From a phage, in the sequence record AF056278.1: DNA of 784 nt; one strand, written 5' to 3'. Shown piece after piece: positions 1 to 784 of this stretch; the stretch's first letter is position 1, and each line of letters opens with the position of its first letter. Below the pieces are notes generated by a model that saw only the letters and a list, made by a program, of their open reading frames with translations, was not told the DNA's origin and did no database searches. Made by a program: the position numbers and the translations under genes.

Positions 1-21
1 CANGTCNACTCTANAGGATCC
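1..21. other. Cloning-vector polylinker (pUC18/19-type MCS: PstI-SalI-XbaI-BamHI), not native sequence
   Basis: With N resolved as G at 3, 7 and 14, positions 1-21 read CAGGTCGACTCTAGAGGATCC, the contiguous PstI(partial)-SalI-XbaI-BamHI block of the pUC polylinker. Sequence diverges from vector immediately after GGATCC (vector would continue CCGGGTACC), so the insert starts at about 22. Ns at the read start and end fit a raw sequencing read. Confidence 0.65.
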
Positions 22-195
22 CTTGAAACTATGGACGAAAGCGGCGTTTTTTACGATCTGAATGTTTGCGCTACTCCCGCCGGATGCTATGAAACAACGG
101 GGCACGTTTTAGGTTTACAATATGGCGACGTCCACGCTGAAAAACTGGATGATGATTGCGCCGCTGCGTCATGGGCTGGCGAAAATAGCCGTTAG
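22..195 (+). CDS. 3' end of an unidentified ORF, 5'-truncated at the clone boundary; product unknown
   Basis: Frame open from insert start to TAG at 193-195; translation LETMDESGVFYDLNVCATPAGCYETTGHVLGLQYGDVHAEKLDDDCAAASWAGENSR has ordinary protein-like composition. Codon choice (GCG, CTG, GGC, CCC) and GC of about 50% by my hand count are higher than the adjacent 196-307 segment (about 37%). No ribosome-binding site precedes the ATG at 31, so if real it is the C-terminal end of a longer gene. Only 58 codons, so weak. Confidence 0.3.
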   Translation, partial: LETMDESGVFYDLNVCATPAGCYETTGHVLGLQYGDVHAEKLDDDCAAASWAGENSR

Positions 196-307
196 GTGTA
201 ATACCCTCTTGTGCTAATATTCCAGAAACAGGTAGACGGAAGAAACGTTTGTCTATTCCGAAATCAATAACGTCTACTGTATTAACATAGGGTCTTGATA
301 CTTCCAT
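71..307 (-). CDS. 5' portion of a gene translationally coupled to the terS-like gene (position suggests terminase large subunit, not demonstrated); probably truncated or disrupted near position 200
   Basis: ATG at 307..305 overlaps the upstream TAA (309..307) as TAATG, with a GGAGGT Shine-Dalgarno 9 nt upstream. The first ~35 codons ([35 protein letters not shown], about 203-307) are protein-like. The rest of the ORF (about 71-200) is Arg/His/Gln-rich (FRQPMTQRRNHHPVFQRGRR...), typical of a non-coding or antisense frame, and overlaps the plus-strand ORF. The other two minus frames have stops at 192-194 and 214-216. The 78-aa extent is what the ORF track gives, not a confident gene model. Confidence 0.35.
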   Translation of the reverse strand: MEVSRPYVNTVDVIDFGIDKRFFRLPVSGILAQEGITPNGYFRQPMTQRRNHHPVFQRGRRHIVNLKRAPLFHSIRRE

Positions 308-777
308 TACTTTTTACCTCCAGTAGCTAGGGAAGTAATTAAGTCCATGTAGTTTTGGTCCCCAGCTCCAGCAATAATGTTATTNTGAATATTGGTCNGA
401 TTAGCAGGAGCACGGACAGCAGCTTTAGCTTTTTCTAACTCCACCATCATTTTCATCTCTTCCATCTTCATTNGGTGTGCTTTCCAGAGAATATCCATAA
501 TATCCTGGTCAGAACCCATGCCAGTTTNTTCTAGCTCCTCTAGTTNACGTTTAATAACTTCATCTAGAACACCAAACAAACGATCCCTATTACGGAATCC
601 ACTTTCCATAAAAATATCATTTAAGTAGTTCTTAACTTCACTACGATTCATAATATCTCGGAAAGCAATTTCGGACATTCCAAGACTCCGTGCGGCAGAA
701 GGCACATCACTGCCGCACTGTAAATAAGCTTCAATCACATCCATCCCTTCAGGGACATAAGATCTNTAGCTCNCCAA
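307..777 (-). CDS. terS: Phage terminase small subunit-like protein (TerS) with N-terminal helix-turn-helix DNA-binding region; 5' end uncertain
   Basis: Continuous 156-codon minus-strand frame ending TAA at 309..307. The N-terminal segment [37 protein letters not shown] resembles, from memory, the conserved HTH pattern of the Terminase_2 (PF03592) small-subunit family. A Met/Glu/Lys-rich helical segment ([19 protein letters not shown]) follows, consistent with an oligomerisation helix. Size (~150 aa), low-GC codon usage and coupling to a downstream gene fit a phage packaging module. The first codon in the track is TTG at 777, and codon 768..766 is TAN, which could be a stop. Alternative starts are ATG 744..742 or GTG 738..736. 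Five residues are X because of Ns. Confidence 0.55.
316..321 (-). promoter_or_regulatory. Shine-Dalgarno sequence (GGAGGT) for the gene starting at 307, embedded in the terS-like 3' end
   Basis: Minus-strand reading of 325..305 is TACTGGAGGTAAAAAGTAATG: a perfect GGAGG core with 9-nt spacing to the ATG, and the terS TAA stop overlapping that ATG. A canonical strong Gram-positive-style ribosome-binding site. Confidence 0.6.
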
Positions 778-784
778 NNAACNC

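Noticed and set aside
34-52. GC-rich stretch followed by TTTTTT (gcggcgtttttt) as a possible intrinsic terminator
   Set aside because: No stable inverted repeat precedes the T-run (at most a 2-bp stem), and it lies inside the plus-strand ORF. The U-tract alone is not enough.
22-195. Treating the higher-GC left segment as definite foreign or horizontally acquired DNA on composition alone
   Set aside because: By my hand count, local GC inside the terS-like gene (661-720) is also about 55%, so a 174-nt window at about 50% GC is within normal fluctuation. The junction hypothesis rests mainly on the frame conflict, not on composition.
196-220. Imperfect direct repeat gtgtaata / gtgctaata near the putative junction as an attachment or target-site duplication
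   Set aside because: The repeat is short and imperfect in AT-rich sequence, and such matches are expected by chance. It also lies within the protein-like 5' part of the downstream gene.
392-628. 78-aa plus-strand ORF from the six-frame track
   Set aside because: It lies entirely antisense to the terS-like gene, its translation is low-complexity (Ser/Ile-rich with X residues) and it has no convincing ribosome-binding site. This is the typical open antisense frame of a real gene.
760-784. AGATCT/GATC at 760-765 as the distal insert-vector junction, with 'agctc' at 768-772 resembling a SacI site
   Set aside because: The bases after GATC do not match the expected pUC continuation (CCCGGGTACC), the terS-like frame stays open through this region, and the read is too N-rich here to decide. 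Left unresolved, not annotated.
1-784. CRISPR repeats, tRNA/rRNA genes, IS or transposon terminal inverted repeats, or a recognisable defence or toxin-antitoxin system
   Set aside because: I found no regularly spaced direct repeats, no tRNA-like cloverleaf segments and no match to transposon ends I know (Tn5, Tn10, Tn917, mariner, Mu). The window is dominated by one packaging gene and two fragmentary ORFs, so claiming a novel system would be unsupported.

Overview
This 784-nt window looks like a single Sanger-type read from a plasmid clone, not a clean genomic segment. Positions 1-21 read as a pUC-type polylinker (PstI-SalI-XbaI-BamHI once Ns are resolved) and the 3' end degrades into Ns. The insert (about 22-784) is a low-GC, Firmicutes-style phage DNA-packaging region on the minus strand. 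It holds a ~150-aa protein (307..777) with an N-terminal helix-turn-helix resembling phage terminase small subunits (TerS); its 5' end is uncertain. Its TAA stop overlaps the ATG of a downstream gene (TAATG at 309..305), which is preceded by a strong GGAGGT Shine-Dalgarno sequence inside the TerS 3' end. That downstream gene looks protein-like for only about 35 codons. Left of about position 200 the minus frame becomes Arg/His-rich and implausible, while a protein-like ORF on the plus strand runs from the clone boundary to a TAG at 193-195. The most notable observation is therefore a possible junction or truncation just downstream of terS (prophage remnant, satellite-like TerS-only module, or chimeric clone). 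I cannot support any complete novel system from this window; no RNA genes, CRISPR arrays or mobile-element ends are detectable. All homology statements are from motif recognition by eye and need database confirmation.
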